From contig JANRJK010000019.1 in assembly GCA_033764015.1 (NCBI GenBank), positions 41,940-105,939 of the forward strand: a DNA stretch of 64,000 nucleotides, written 5' to 3'. Positions 9,909 to 20,019 of the stretch are shown in pieces. This stretch comes from Candidatus Sumerlaeia bacterium. GTDB taxonomy: Bacteria; Sumerlaeota; Sumerlaeia; SLMS01; JANRJK01. Below the pieces are notes generated by a model. It worked only from the letters and a program-made list of their open reading frames with translations, made no database searches and had not been told where the DNA came from. The position numbers were made by a program, and so were the translations under genes. The stretch's first letter is position 1, and each line of letters opens with the position of its first letter.

Positions 9909-10904
9909 GTGGCGGCGCCGGCGGAACCGCACTGGCGCGAGGACCCGGTGACCCGCGAGCGGGTCATCATCGCGCCCCTCCGCGCCGCCCGTCCCTTCAC
10001 CGCCCCCGCGCTCGCCGCCGGGCCGCCGTACGACGCCGCCCGCGATCCCTTCGCCCCGGGCAACGAATCCGAGACCCCGCCGGAGATCGCCGCCGTCCGC
10101 GCCGGCGGCGCCCCCGCCGACGGGGTCGGCTGGACCACGCGCCTCGTCCCGAACCGCTATCCGGCGCTGACGCCCAACTGCGTCGCCCCCGCGCCCGGCC
10201 CCGGAGGTCCGGGCCACGGGTTCCACGAGGTCCTCATCGAGTCCCCCGGCATGGAACCCTTCGACGAACTCCCGCCGGCGCGCGCCGCCGACGCCTTGGT
10301 GCTCCTCGCGCGCCGCGTCGCCGAGCTTTACCGCGAGCCCGGCGTCGCGGCCGTCGAGGTGTTCAAGAACCACGGACGGCTCGCCGGCGCCTCCCTCGAG
10401 CACCCGCACTTCCAGCTCCTCGCGCTGCCCTTCCTGCCGGCCCGCACCGCGGCGGTCGTTGACTCTGTCAAGGAATACGCCGCGCGCACGGGGCGCGACC
10501 TCGGCGCCGACCACGTGGCGGGGGAGGAGGCCGCCGTGGAGCGCCTGCTCCACCGCTCGCCGCGGTTCCTCTGCGCCTGCCCCTTCGCCTCGCGCGTCCC
10601 CTTCGAGCAGGCCCTATGGCGCCTCGGAGGCGCCGCGCCCTTCCACGGCGAGCCGGAGGACGCGCTCTCGGAGGCGGCGGAGCAGTTCCGCGCCATGGTG
10701 CGCCGGATGCGCCGCGCCTGCGGCGACCCGCCTTACAACGCGCTGCTGCGTTCCCTGCCGCCGGGCTGCGGCGCCGCGCTCCCCTGGAGCCTGCACCTGC
10801 TGCCGCGCCGCGGCGTCTTCGGCGGCTTCGAATGGGCCACCGGCGCCTACATCAACTCGACCCCGCCGGAGGACGCCGCCGCCCGGCTCCGGGCCGCGGT
10901 GTGA
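9909..10904 (+). CDS. galT: Galactose-1-phosphate uridylyltransferase-like HIT-family nucleotidyltransferase
   Basis: DPVTRERVIIAPLRAARP, PFAPGNE, VPNRYPAL, GFHEVLIESP, KNHG..AGASLEHPHFQ and GGFEWATG. Confidence 0.85.
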   Translation: MAAPAEPHWREDPVTRERVIIAPLRAARPFTAPALAAGPPYDAARDPFAPGNESETPPEIAAVRAGGAPADGVGWTTRLVPNRYPALTPNCVAPAPGPGGPGHGFHEVLIESPGMEPFDELPPARAADALVLLARRVAELYREPGVAAVEVFKNHGRLAGASLEHPHFQLLALPFLPARTAAVVDSVKEYAARTGRDLGADHVAGEEAAVERLLHRSPRFLCACPFASRVPFEQALWRLGGAAPFHGEPEDALSEAAEQFRAMVRRMRRACGDPPYNALLRSLPPGCGAALPWSLHLLPRRGVFGGFEWATGAYINSTPPEDAAARLRAAV

Positions 10905-12209
10905 TCAGCGCCCCGCGGACAGCTCCGCCAGCACGGTCCGGTTGCTGATCCAGGGGAACTGCATCGCCTCCGCGTTCTTCGCGAAGTCGGGGTACGTCAT
11001 CTCGACGAAGGCGGACAGCTCCCGCGCCATGTCCAGCGCGTCCTTCGGCGGGCAGGGGACGGTGCCGTGCGCGAGCACCAGCCGCCGCCGCGCCTCCAGC
11101 ACCTGCTGGAACGACGTGTTCTCGCGGAACGCGGTTCCCAGCGGATGGCCGAGGGTCTCGAGCAGTTCGTAGGACCGGCGCAGGCCGAGCTTGATCGTCG
11201 CGTCGTCGATCCTGCGCAGCGACTCGAACATGGCGCGGCGCCGCGGCGGCACGCGCCGGATGTCCAGCCGGTCCGTCCGCAGGCCGTACTCCTTGAAGAT
11301 CACCGCCTGCGCGTAGAGCTCCGCCGCGCGGTAGAGGCGGGCAAGCGCGTCGTCGAAGCGGTGCTCGCGCAGGCGGCGCACCGCGTTGTTGAAGAGGTCC
11401 ACGATGAGTTCCGGCGGGAAGTCCACGCACTCGCGCCCGGTGCGCGCGATGGGGCGCAGCAGCTCGATCGCGCGCGGGCGCAGCCGCAGCCCCTTCAGCC
11501 TCCCCTTCGCGGGGATCCGCGCCTCGTGGCGCTCGTACTCCGACAGGAAGGTGTCCACCTGGAAGTTGTCCCACGCGCCGTAGGCGACGGCGAACGCCTC
11601 GACCAGTTCGCGGCGCTCGCGGGCCGGGGGCGGCAGCAGCGAGGCGTCCAGCGAATGCGCCGTCTCCGCCGCCTTGTCGAAGCGCTGCTCGAAGAAGAAG
11701 TCGGTCGCCTCGTCCAGCCGGCGCCGCGCGACGAGCGCCGCCGGCGTGCTGGCGTGCACCGCTTCGGACGCGCCGGCGCTCCCCTTCGGCGCGGGCAGCA
11801 GGTAGCGCAGCCCCTCGATCCCCGCGCCGACCGCCGCGAGCACCGCCCCCGCGGACATCGCCTTGGTCCCCGCGGTGTAGTTCAGCACGATCCGCCGCCG
11901 GTCGAAGCCGCCGTCCAGCAGCGCCTCGATCTCCTCGCTGGCCCGCGAGTACGCCTCGTCGATCGAGTGGTGCGACTCTAGGAGCACCAGCCGGAACTTG
12001 CCCTTCGGCAGCCGGAGGCCGGCGCGCAGCCGTTCCGCGTTGTCGACCGAATCGCCGGTGGCCATCACCGACAGGTGCGCCGGGCGCAGCGGCTTCAAGT
12101 CCGCGATCAGCGCCTCGACCACGTCGCTGGGGACGCCGGAGGGCGTGGTGCCGATGGTGACGAGGTGGGCGGTGTCGGCGTTTGTCGCGGCGGGGGGCTT
12201 GCGGGGCAT
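10905..12209 (-). CDS. TIGR02710-family CARF-HEPN protein (Csm6/Csx1-like), orphan
   Basis: CARF motifs LVTIGTTP and LNYTAGTKAMSAG, plus AYGAWDNF, DLFNNAVRR..FDDALARLYRAAELYAQ, KLGL..SYELL and the HEPN-like R..LVLAHG. Confidence 0.85.
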   Translation of the reverse strand: MPRKPPAATNADTAHLVTIGTTPSGVPSDVVEALIADLKPLRPAHLSVMATGDSVDNAERLRAGLRLPKGKFRLVLLESHHSIDEAYSRASEEIEALLDGGFDRRRIVLNYTAGTKAMSAGAVLAAVGAGIEGLRYLLPAPKGSAGASEAVHASTPAALVARRRLDEATDFFFEQRFDKAAETAHSLDASLLPPPARERRELVEAFAVAYGAWDNFQVDTFLSEYERHEARIPAKGRLKGLRLRPRAIELLRPIARTGRECVDFPPELIVDLFNNAVRRLREHRFDDALARLYRAAELYAQAVIFKEYGLRTDRLDIRRVPPRRRAMFESLRRIDDATIKLGLRRSYELLETLGHPLGTAFRENTSFQQVLEARRRLVLAHGTVPCPPKDALDMARELSAFVEMTYPDFAKNAEAMQFPWISNRTVLAELSAGR

Positions 12210-12381
12210 CGGCGGGGCGGGCTCCAGGCGGTCTGGTGGATGGGCGACCGTTCACGCCGGGCCGCCGCGGGGTCAACGGCCCCTTGCCCGCGGGGAATCC
12301 GCCCTTGCCACGCGAGCGGCGCGTTCACCTCTATGTCCAAGACGCGCACAGCGCCAAACGCCAAGCCCCGCAGGACCCCGC

Positions 12382-12666
12382 ATGAAGCTCAACCCCGGAC
12401 TCCGCGAACAGACCGAAGAGAAGGTGCTCCTCGTCGTGCGCTCAAAGAGCAACGGCGGCACCCGCATAGACTGGTTCCCCTCCGTCGAGGAGGCGCAGGC
12501 CCACGACATGGAAGTCCTCGAGGTGCGCGAGCGCATCCAGCTCGCGAAGAAGCCCGAGGCCACCGGCTTCATGAAGCTGCTCGAAATGACGCTGGGCCGC
12601 GCCGCGTCCCAGGACCGCCTGATCCACGAGAAGACGCTGCGCCAGAAGGAATACTTCCGCCGCTAG
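12382..12666 (+). CDS. Small hypothetical protein (94 aa)
   Basis: AGGA before the ATG, strong native codon bias, first gene of the pilT-pth run. Confidence 0.7.
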   Translation: MKLNPGLREQTEEKVLLVVRSKSNGGTRIDWFPSVEEAQAHDMEVLEVRERIQLAKKPEATGFMKLLEMTLGRAASQDRLIHEKTLRQKEYFRR

Positions 12667-12709
12667 CACCGGCGCGCGCGGACCCCACACCCGAGGAGCT
12701 ACCACCGCC

Positions 12710-13804
12710 GTGGCGATGAACTTCAACGCGCTGCTCATCGGAGCCGTCCAGAACGGCGCCTCCGACGTGCACATTATCGAGGGACAGCTCCCGTACTTCC
12801 GCATCCGCGGCGACCTCAAGCGCGTCGAGACACCGCCCCTCTCCCACGACGACATGGTCGCCCTCCTCAAGCAGATCATGCCGGACCGCTACAAGTCCGA
12901 CCTCGAAGCCAACTACGGCGTCGACTTCTCCTACCAGCACGAGACCATCGCCCGCTTCCGCTGCGTCGCCTACTACCAGGACAGCAAGCTCGCGGTCGCC
13001 ATGCGCAACATCCCGCTCAAGGTGCCGTCCATCGACGACATGCACCTGCCCGAGGTGCTGAAGAAGATCGCCATGCTGCACCGCGGAATGGTGCTCGTCA
13101 CCGGCATCACGGGCTCCGGCAAGTCCACCACGCTCGCCTCGATGCTGAACCACATGAACACCCTCGAGGCGCGCCGCATCATCACCATCGAGGACCCGAT
13201 CGAGTTCAAGTACGCCAACGTGAAGAGCGTCATCTCGCAGCGCGAGATCGGGCGCGACGTCGCGGACTTCCCCTCCGCGCTCCGCCAGGCGATGCGCGCC
13301 GACCCGGACGTGATCCTGGTCGGCGAAATGCGCGACCAGCAGACGATCCGCATCGGCATCAAGGCCGCCGAAACGGGCCACCTCGTCTTCTCCACGCTCC
13401 ACACCCGCGGCGCCGTCCACACGATCCAGCGCATCATGGGCTACTTCGACCTCGCGGAGCACGACCTCCTCCGCGACCAGCTCTCGCTCAACCTCGCCGC
13501 CGTCATCACGCAGCGGCTCGTCAAGACCGTGGACGGCAAGGGCCGCCGCGCCGCCCAGGAGATCATGATCGTCAACGGCATCATCAAGAAGCTGATCCGC
13601 GAAGGGCGCGTGCTCGACATCGGCGGCGTCATGGCGGGCCGCGACGAAGGCATGCAGAACATGGACCAGGCGCTCGCCGAACTGGTGCGCGAAAAGGCGA
13701 TCTCGACGGACGAAGGCGCCAAGTTCTGCGACGACTTCTACGCCATGAAGCGCTACATCGCCGGCGTCTCCTCCTCCGCCGACAAGGGCGGCATCGTCGG
13801 CTAA
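12710..13804 (+). CDS. pilT: Type IV pilus retraction ATPase, PilT/PilU family
   Basis: GASDVHI, Walker A GITGSGKSTT, TIEDPIE, DPDVILVGEMRD and His box GHLVFSTLH. Confidence 0.9.
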   Translation: MAMNFNALLIGAVQNGASDVHIIEGQLPYFRIRGDLKRVETPPLSHDDMVALLKQIMPDRYKSDLEANYGVDFSYQHETIARFRCVAYYQDSKLAVAMRNIPLKVPSIDDMHLPEVLKKIAMLHRGMVLVTGITGSGKSTTLASMLNHMNTLEARRIITIEDPIEFKYANVKSVISQREIGRDVADFPSALRQAMRADPDVILVGEMRDQQTIRIGIKAAETGHLVFSTLHTRGAVHTIQRIMGYFDLAEHDLLRDQLSLNLAAVITQRLVKTVDGKGRRAAQEIMIVNGIIKKLIREGRVLDIGGVMAGRDEGMQNMDQALAELVREKAISTDEGAKFCDDFYAMKRYIAGVSSSADKGGIVG

Positions 13805-13827
13805 GGGCCGCGGCGCGCAACCCGGCC

Positions 13828-14427
13828 ATGTGGCTCGTCGTCGGACTCGGCAACCCGGGCACTCGCTACGAGCGCACGCCGCACAACTTCGGCTTCGACG
13901 TCGTCGACCTCTTCGCGCGCCGCCACGGCCTGCGCTGGCACGAGGAGCGCCGCTTCCAATGCGCCGCCACCCACCGGGGCGAGGGCGAGGACCGCGTCTA
14001 CCTCGCCAAGCCCGCCACGTTCATGAACCTCTCCGGCGAAAGCGCCGGCCCCTTCTCGCGCTACTACAAGATCCCCCCGGAGCGCGTCCTCGCCATCAGC
14101 GACGACGTCGCGCTGCCGATGGGGCGCCTCCGCGTCCGCGAAGGCGGATCCAGCGGCGGCCACAACGGCCTCAACAACCTCATCCAACACCTCGGCACGC
14201 AGGACTTCCCGCGCCTGCGCCTCGGCATCGAGCCCACCGGCGTCCAGAAGATCCCGCTTCGCGAGTTCGTCCTCATGAAAACGCACGGCGCCTACGCCGA
14301 GGACGCCGCCTACATGACGGAGATCGCCTGCGACTGCCTAGAGGCGATCCTCCGCGACGGCGTCGCCAAGGCCGCCGGAAAGTACAACGGCTTCGACGCC
14401 CGCAAGGCCGCGGAGGGAGCGGATTGA
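13828..14427 (+). CDS. pth: Peptidyl-tRNA hydrolase
   Basis: [25 protein letters not shown] and [10 protein letters not shown]. Confidence 0.96.
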   Translation: MWLVVGLGNPGTRYERTPHNFGFDVVDLFARRHGLRWHEERRFQCAATHRGEGEDRVYLAKPATFMNLSGESAGPFSRYYKIPPERVLAISDDVALPMGRLRVREGGSSGGHNGLNNLIQHLGTQDFPRLRLGIEPTGVQKIPLREFVLMKTHGAYAEDAAYMTEIACDCLEAILRDGVAKAAGKYNGFDARKAAEGAD

Positions 14428-14555
14428 CAGGCGCTCCGGCGCGGTTCCCCGTCGCGATCCTCCAAGCGGAAAGGCTTGACAGCACCTTGGCCGCCGAGGC
14501 TCACTTCCACGCTTGTGTTATGGCGGTATTCGCCGCCCACCCGCAGGAGTCCTGA

Positions 14556-14933
<378 letters not shown>

Positions 14934-14974
14934 CCTCAGACCCCAGACTTCATACGCTCCGAAAGGTTTCCACG

Positions 14975-15496
14975 GTGCCCAAGCGCAAGAAAAAGGACCA
15001 GCGGTCACGCAGCCAACGCAAGATGTCGCGCCGCCGCATACCCCCCGGCCGCGGCCTAGTACCCGATCTCCGCTACGGCAGCACGCTCGTCAGCAAATTC
15101 ATCAACGCCATCATGGTCGACGGCAAGAAGTCCGTCGCCCAGTCGATCTTCTACGGCGCCATGGACATCATCAAGGCCAAGATGCCCGAGCAGGAGCCCG
15201 TCGAGGTCTTCAACAAGGCGATCGACAACATCAAGCCGATCGTCGAAGTGAAGAGCCGCCGCGTCGGTGGCGCCAACTACCAGGTCCCCATCGAAGTCAA
15301 GACGCACCGCCAGCAGGCCCTCGCCTTCCGCTGGCTCGTCAACTACACCCGCGCACGCGGCGAACGCGGCACCGCCGCCAAGCTCGCGAACGAGGTCATG
15401 GACGCCTTCAACGGCACCGGTGGCGCCTTCAAGAAGAAGGAAGACACCCACCGCATGGCCGAAGCCAACAAGGCCTTCGCCCACTACCGCTGGTAA
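14975..15496 (+). CDS. rpsG: 30S ribosomal protein S7 (start either GTG 14975 or ATG 15023)
   Basis: [27 protein letters not shown] and [15 protein letters not shown]. Confidence 0.97.
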   Translation: MPKRKKKDQRSRSQRKMSRRRIPPGRGLVPDLRYGSTLVSKFINAIMVDGKKSVAQSIFYGAMDIIKAKMPEQEPVEVFNKAIDNIKPIVEVKSRRVGGANYQVPIEVKTHRQQALAFRWLVNYTRARGERGTAAKLANEVMDAFNGTGGAFKKKEDTHRMAEANKAFAHYRW

Positions 15497-15543
15497 CCCG
15501 GCCGCGCGTCCGCGCGCGAGCAGTCGACCCCGAACAACAAGCG

Positions 15544-15580
15544 CGCCCCGCCGGACCATCCGGCGGGGCGGTTTCGTTTC
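15544..15580 (+). terminator. Intrinsic terminator after rpsG
   Basis: CGCCCCGCCGGA-cca-TCCGGCGGGGCG followed by GTTTCGTTTC. Confidence 0.75.
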
Positions 15581-15607
15581 GCTTCGAGACCAAGAGCTGC
15601 GCCCCGG

Positions 15608-16630
15608 CTACCGACCGGGTGCGAAGTCCAAGGTCGCCTCGTTGAAGACGAGCCGCCTTCCGGTCTTCGAGTTCGGATCCTCGAAAATCGGGATCGGCGC
15701 CGCCCCCGAATCTCCCGACCGGTAGAACAAGGAACGCTCCGCCAATCCCGCCGGCGAGACAATGTCCCGAGCAGGATCAACAGGGCGAACCTCCTCCAGC
15801 GTATACGTACTCCGGCTCTTCGCGACCGCCTCGTACTCCCCCAACAGGGCGCGCAGCTCCGCGGCGGATGTTGCGCTCCGGAGGTCGGTGCGGATCCCGT
15901 AAGAAGTCTCCGTCACCTGATGACCGGGCTCGTTCGGACGGCCTCCGGATGTTTGCATCGAAATCGACGGGAGAAAGGTCACCTCGGAGCCGCTGCCCCA
16001 AACCACGGCGGTCCCTGCCGCACTCCTCGTGACGCTTCCATTGGAAGCGTCGATGAAGTCGAAGAAACCGCTGTAGGTGGTGAAGCCCTCTTGCGTTGCG
16101 ACTGGTTCCTTCCCCGACACCCAGAGCACGCCCGGCTCGGGGGCCGATATCAGGTACGGACGCGAGGACCTCGAAACCTCTTCCACCATCAACGCCCGGC
16201 TGGACACGGAATCCGGGCCAACGATCATGTCTCCGACTACACTGAAGGGGGGAACGAACGTGGCAACGCTTGAGGCACTCGGGAACGCCGTGTAGGCTCC
16301 CCCCATCCATTCCACGGTCAGGACGCCATCCCAGAACATCAAGAACTGTGGCGAGGCCGCAAGCGTCGGGTCGGTCGTCTCCATATGCTGGAACACGACT
16401 GATCGATCCGTAGCAATCGCCTTGAAGTCAAAAGACTTGGACTCCGACGGCGCCTTCCCGCCGCCTGCCTGTTCGGAGCGAAGCGAGTAACGGAACACGG
16501 TACCGGACTCCAACGGCGCGATGGCCGAGTACAGCTCTAGCGCTTCGCTCGGGGTTGATTCGACGACCTTCATGTTGATCGGCGCCTCGACCGATGCGCC
16601 GAGGCTGAGAACTAGGAATGCGAGGACCAT
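15608..16630 (-). CDS. Hypothetical exported protein
   Basis: 340-aa ORF with an AGGAG RBS and hydrophobic N-terminus. Codon usage is less GC3-biased than neighbouring core genes. Confidence 0.65.
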   Translation of the reverse strand: MVLAFLVLSLGASVEAPINMKVVESTPSEALELYSAIAPLESGTVFRYSLRSEQAGGGKAPSESKSFDFKAIATDRSVVFQHMETTDPTLAASPQFLMFWDGVLTVEWMGGAYTAFPSASSVATFVPPFSVVGDMIVGPDSVSSRALMVEEVSRSSRPYLISAPEPGVLWVSGKEPVATQEGFTTYSGFFDFIDASNGSVTRSAAGTAVVWGSGSEVTFLPSISMQTSGGRPNEPGHQVTETSYGIRTDLRSATSAAELRALLGEYEAVAKSRSTYTLEEVRPVDPARDIVSPAGLAERSLFYRSGDSGAAPIPIFEDPNSKTGRRLVFNEATLDFAPGR

Positions 16631-16648
16631 CTGGTGTCTCCTTTCGGG

Positions 16649-17092
16649 TCAACCTGCGGGGAAGCTCAGGCTCGGATGATTGCAGCCGATCGTGCTGTAG
16701 AAGACCGTCGCAAGACCGAGTCGACAGGAGTAACTGCCGGTTCGGCGGTTATAGATCGTGGTCCACGGTCTCCTCGTAACGCAGGGGATCGTTCCGGCGT
16801 TGCACTCCTTGTTAATGGCGGCCGCGCAGGAAGCGAAGTTCGGAGTTGGGTCGTACTGGTAAGCGTCGATGGTATCCGCGCAGGATTGCCAACCGTTCGG
16901 CAAGATTCCACAGTACCCCGCGCCTGGTTCAAGGCAGATATCGTAATCGTCGTCGGGTGGGACCACACACGGATTGGCCGTCAACACGCATTCGGCTCCC
17001 GGCCAAACCTCCGCGTGGACTTTCGCCAAAGTTAAGGGGATCGCCGACAGCACAGCAAGCGCTGAGAGTAGCCCGGTGATGGATCTCCTCAT
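16649..17092 (-). CDS. Secreted cysteine-rich small protein (10 Cys)
   Basis: GGGAGA RBS, signal peptide MRRSITGLLSALAVLSAIPLTLAKVHA, and ten cysteines in the mature part. Confidence 0.7.
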   Translation of the reverse strand: MRRSITGLLSALAVLSAIPLTLAKVHAEVWPGAECVLTANPCVVPPDDDYDICLEPGAGYCGILPNGWQSCADTIDAYQYDPTPNFASCAAAINKECNAGTIPCVTRRPWTTIYNRRTGSYSCRLGLATVFYSTIGCNHPSLSFPAG

Positions 17093-17271
17093 CTCTATCT
17101 CCCTAAAGGGTGGAAATCTCACTCGATCAAGTCGAGATAGGGGGTCGCTACCCCCCCCCTCATCCGTCAACAGAAAACTTCAAGCGGTCAAGGCGCGATA
17201 CCTTGCGCCGATTCCGGCGCGGCGCGCCTCCGCCCCGCCGGCGATCCCGGCTAAATCCCACCGCCCACTCC

Positions 17272-17315
17272 AAAAGCCGGCGCGCCGGGAGGCTTTCGGC
17301 CCCCCGGCGCGCGGC
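17272..17315 (-). terminator. Intrinsic terminator after rplL
   Basis: Minus strand reads GCCGCGCGCCGGGGGGCC-GAAA-GCCTCCCGGCGCGCCGGC-TTTT. Confidence 0.75.
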
Positions 17316-17365
17316 TGTTGTCCGCGTCCCGATCCGGAACGCAAGACCTTGTGGAAGCGGCCTGC

Positions 17366-17743
17366 TTACTCGATGACGACGACGGCGCCGACGGCCTCGA
17401 GCTGCTTCTTGACCTTCTCCGCGTCGGCCTTCGGGACGTCCTTGACGACTTCCTTCGGGGCGCCTTCGACGAGATCCTTGGCCTCCTTGAGGCCGAGGTT
17501 CGTGATCGCGCGGACTTCCTTGATGACCTTGATCTTCTCGGCACCGCCGTCCTTGAGGATGACCGTGAACTCGGTCTTCTCCTCAACGGGGGCCGCCGCC
17601 GCGGCCGGAGCCGCGCCGCCCGCTACCGCCACCGGGGCGGCGGAGACGCCGAACGTCTCCTCCATCAGCTTCACAAGCTCCACCACTTCCATGAGCGGCT
17701 TCGCCTTGATCGCCTCGACGATTTCCTGGTTCGAGAGAGCCAT
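17366..17743 (-). CDS. rplL: 50S ribosomal protein L7/L12
   Basis: [16 protein letters not shown] and [24 protein letters not shown]. Confidence 0.99.
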   Translation of the reverse strand: MALSNQEIVEAIKAKPLMEVVELVKLMEETFGVSAAPVAVAGGAAPAAAAAPVEEKTEFTVILKDGGAEKIKVIKEVRAITNLGLKEAKDLVEGAPKEVVKDVPKADAEKVKKQLEAVGAVVVIE

Positions 17744-17863
17744 GATTCGAATCGTTCCTTTCCGAACGTCAGAGTGTTTGTCCCCCGCTACCCGGGGGGG
17801 GCGGGGCCGCTGCGGGCCACCGCGTTGGGAACTACGCCAATGGGTTCGGGCCGGGGCGCCGCG

Positions 17864-18439
17864 TTACGCGGCGCTCTGCCCCTCTTCCAGCTTCCGGCGG
17901 TGCGCATCGACCGCGTAGACGACCTTGCCGACCGCCTGATTGAGCGCCAGGACCGTCTTGGTCGCCGGCGACAGCAGGCTGCCGCAGAGGCGTCCGAGCA
18001 TCTCCTCGCGCGACGCGGTCTTGCTGAGCGCTTCGACACCGGCCGCGTTGAGCGCCTGGCCTTCGAAGTAGCCGCCCTTCACGACCAGCTTGCCGTTCAG
18101 GTCCTTCGCCGCCGCGATCAGGAGCTTCGCCGGGGTCACCGGATCCTCCTGCCCCGCGAACATCACCGTCGGGCCCTTCAGCATCTTGTCGAGCTTCGAG
18201 ACGTCGTACCCGCGTTCCGCGAGAACACGCTTCAGGAGCGTGTTCTTCACGACGCGGACCGATACCTTCGCCTCGCGCGCCTTCGCGCGCAGGGCGGTCG
18301 CATCGGCCACCGTCATGCCCTTGTTGTCCGCGAAAAGGACGCCGTTGCCGTCCACGATCGCCTTCGCGATCTTGGAGGAGGCGACGACCTTCGGGGCGCG
18401 TCCGCGCCGCTTGCGGGCTTCTTTGCCGAGCTTTGCCAT
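17864..18439 (-). CDS. rplJ: 50S ribosomal protein L10
   Basis: VVKNTLLKR, LKGPT and position between rplA and rplL. Confidence 0.95.
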   Translation of the reverse strand: MAKLGKEARKRRGRAPKVVASSKIAKAIVDGNGVLFADNKGMTVADATALRAKAREAKVSVRVVKNTLLKRVLAERGYDVSKLDKMLKGPTVMFAGQEDPVTPAKLLIAAAKDLNGKLVVKGGYFEGQALNAAGVEALSKTASREEMLGRLCGSLLSPATKTVLALNQAVGKVVYAVDAHRRKLEEGQSAA

Positions 18440-18561
18440 GTGGGTTTCACCACCTTTCCTGCTCGCCCCGTCCGGGCCACTCGTCGTGCGAGGGCCCGCG
18501 GGGCGGAGCGGTCGCCCGCGCCGGAGTCGTCCTCCGGGGGCGGGTGGCGCCGTTCCGTTGC

Positions 18562-18668
18562 GGGGCCTCGGCAGGTCCTCCGCGCGTTGCCTCGCGGGGG
18601 CTTAGGGGGGTTGCGGCGGCACCGCTTGGTGCGCCGCGCGCCCCGCCTGCTGTCTCTGGCGGCCGTGT
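18562..18668 (-). promoter_or_regulatory. L10 leader (rplJ autoregulatory RNA)
   Basis: Minus strand reads CCAGAGACAGCAGG...CTAA...CCTGCCGAGG in the long rplA-rplJ spacer, matching the L10 leader signature. Confidence 0.75.
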
Positions 18669-18764
18669 AGGCGATTCGTTGTTCGGCCGCTCGCGCGGCC
18701 GGTCGAGGGGTTGCCCCCGGCGCGCTTTCGCGCGCCGGGGCGTTCCGTTACCGTGGAAAAATCG

Positions 18765-19475
18765 TCAGCCCGCCGCTGCGAGCGCCGTGCCCGCCGACGT
18801 TGCGATCCGGATGCCCGGGCTCATCGTCGAGGACAGGCAGATCGTCCGGAGGTAGTTGGCCTTCACGGAAGCCGGGCGCGCCTTCTGGATCGCCTCCAGC
18901 ACCGCTTGGATGTTCTCCGCCAGCTTCGCCGCGTCGAAGGACATCTTGCCGACCACGAGGTGCATGTTCGCCAAGCGGTCCAGCTTGTACTCGATGCGGC
19001 CCGCCTTCAGCGATTCGATGGCGCTCTTCACGTCCGCGGTGACCGTGCCGGCCTTCGGGTTCGGCATCAGGTTGCGGGGGCCGAGCACCTTGCCGAGCTT
19101 GCCGACGTCGCGCATCATGTCCGGCGTCGAGATCGCCGCGTCGAAATCGAGGAAACCCTCGAGGACCTTCTGCACCAGCTCCGCGCCGCCGGCGATGTCC
19201 GCCCCGGCCTCTTCCGCCTCGCGCAGCTTGTCGCCCTTGGCGAACACCAGCACGCGCACCTTCTTGCCGGTGCCGTGGGGCAGCGCGACGGTGCCGCGCA
19301 CCTGCTGGTCCGCCTGGCGCGGGTCGACCCCGAGCCGGATATCGAGGTTCACCGTCTCGTCGAACTTCGCGAAGCTCACCATCTTGAGCAGCGCCACCGC
19401 CTCTTCGACGGTCAGCAGCTTCGCCTTGTCGACGAGCGGGGCTACCTTCGCGTACTTCTTGCCGTGCTTCTTCAT
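18765..19475 (-). CDS. rplA: 50S ribosomal protein L1
   Basis: KFDETV, RGTVALPHGTGK and LGPRNLMPNPKAGTVT. Confidence 0.99.
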   Translation of the reverse strand: MKKHGKKYAKVAPLVDKAKLLTVEEAVALLKMVSFAKFDETVNLDIRLGVDPRQADQQVRGTVALPHGTGKKVRVLVFAKGDKLREAEEAGADIAGGAELVQKVLEGFLDFDAAISTPDMMRDVGKLGKVLGPRNLMPNPKAGTVTADVKSAIESLKAGRIEYKLDRLANMHLVVGKMSFDAAKLAENIQAVLEAIQKARPASVKANYLRTICLSSTMSPGIRIATSAGTALAAAG

Positions 19476-19488
19476 CTTAGCGTCTCCA

Positions 19489-19528
19489 TGTGGTCCGAGC
19501 GGCGGCCGCCGAAGGGCCGCCTCCCACC
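19489..19528 (-). promoter_or_regulatory. L1-binding autoregulatory RNA site upstream of rplA
   Basis: Minus strand reads GGTGGGAG-GCGGCC-(CTTCGGC)-GGCCGC-CGCT-CGG-ACCACA, the GUGGGAG...CGCU..ACCAC L1 motif, next to the rplA RBS. Confidence 0.75.
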
Positions 19529-19533
19529 GAATG

Positions 19534-19959
19534 TCAGTCCACGACCTCGATGCCCATGTTGCGGGCGGTGCCGGCCATCATCGAGACGGCGGCTTCCAGG
19601 CTTGCGGCGTTGATGTCCTTCTTCTTCATCTCGGCGATCTCCGCGAGCTGCTTGCGGGTCACCTTGCCCACCTTCTCCTTGTTCGGCTTCGCGGAGCCCT
19701 TGGCGATGCCCGCGGCCTTGAGGAGCAGCGTCGGAGCGGGGGGCGACTTCGTCTCGAAGGTGAACGATCGGTCCGAGAAGACCGTGATCACCACCGGGAT
19801 CGTGTAGCCTTCCTGCTTCGCGGTGCGCGCGTTGAATTCCTTGCAGAACTGCATGATGTTGACGCCGTGCTGGCCCAGCGCGGGGCCGACCGGCGGCGAG
19901 GGGTTCGCCTTTCCGGCGGGGCACTGCAGCTTGACCTGGGCGACTGCCTTCTTGGCCAT
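19534..19959 (-). CDS. rplK: 50S ribosomal protein L11
   Basis: [29 protein letters not shown]. Confidence 0.99.
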   Translation of the reverse strand: MAKKAVAQVKLQCPAGKANPSPPVGPALGQHGVNIMQFCKEFNARTAKQEGYTIPVVITVFSDRSFTFETKSPPAPTLLLKAAGIAKGSAKPNKEKVGKVTRKQLAEIAEMKKKDINAASLEAAVSMMAGTARNMGIEVVD

Positions 19960-20019
19960 TTAGCCTACTCCGATTGGGTCTTCGGGGCGCCTTGGCGGCC
20001 CCCGTTCGGTCGAGGGTCC

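Noticed and set aside
10905..12400. CRISPR array or cas operon near the CARF gene
   Set aside because: No regularly spaced direct repeats or cas genes were seen here or elsewhere in the window.
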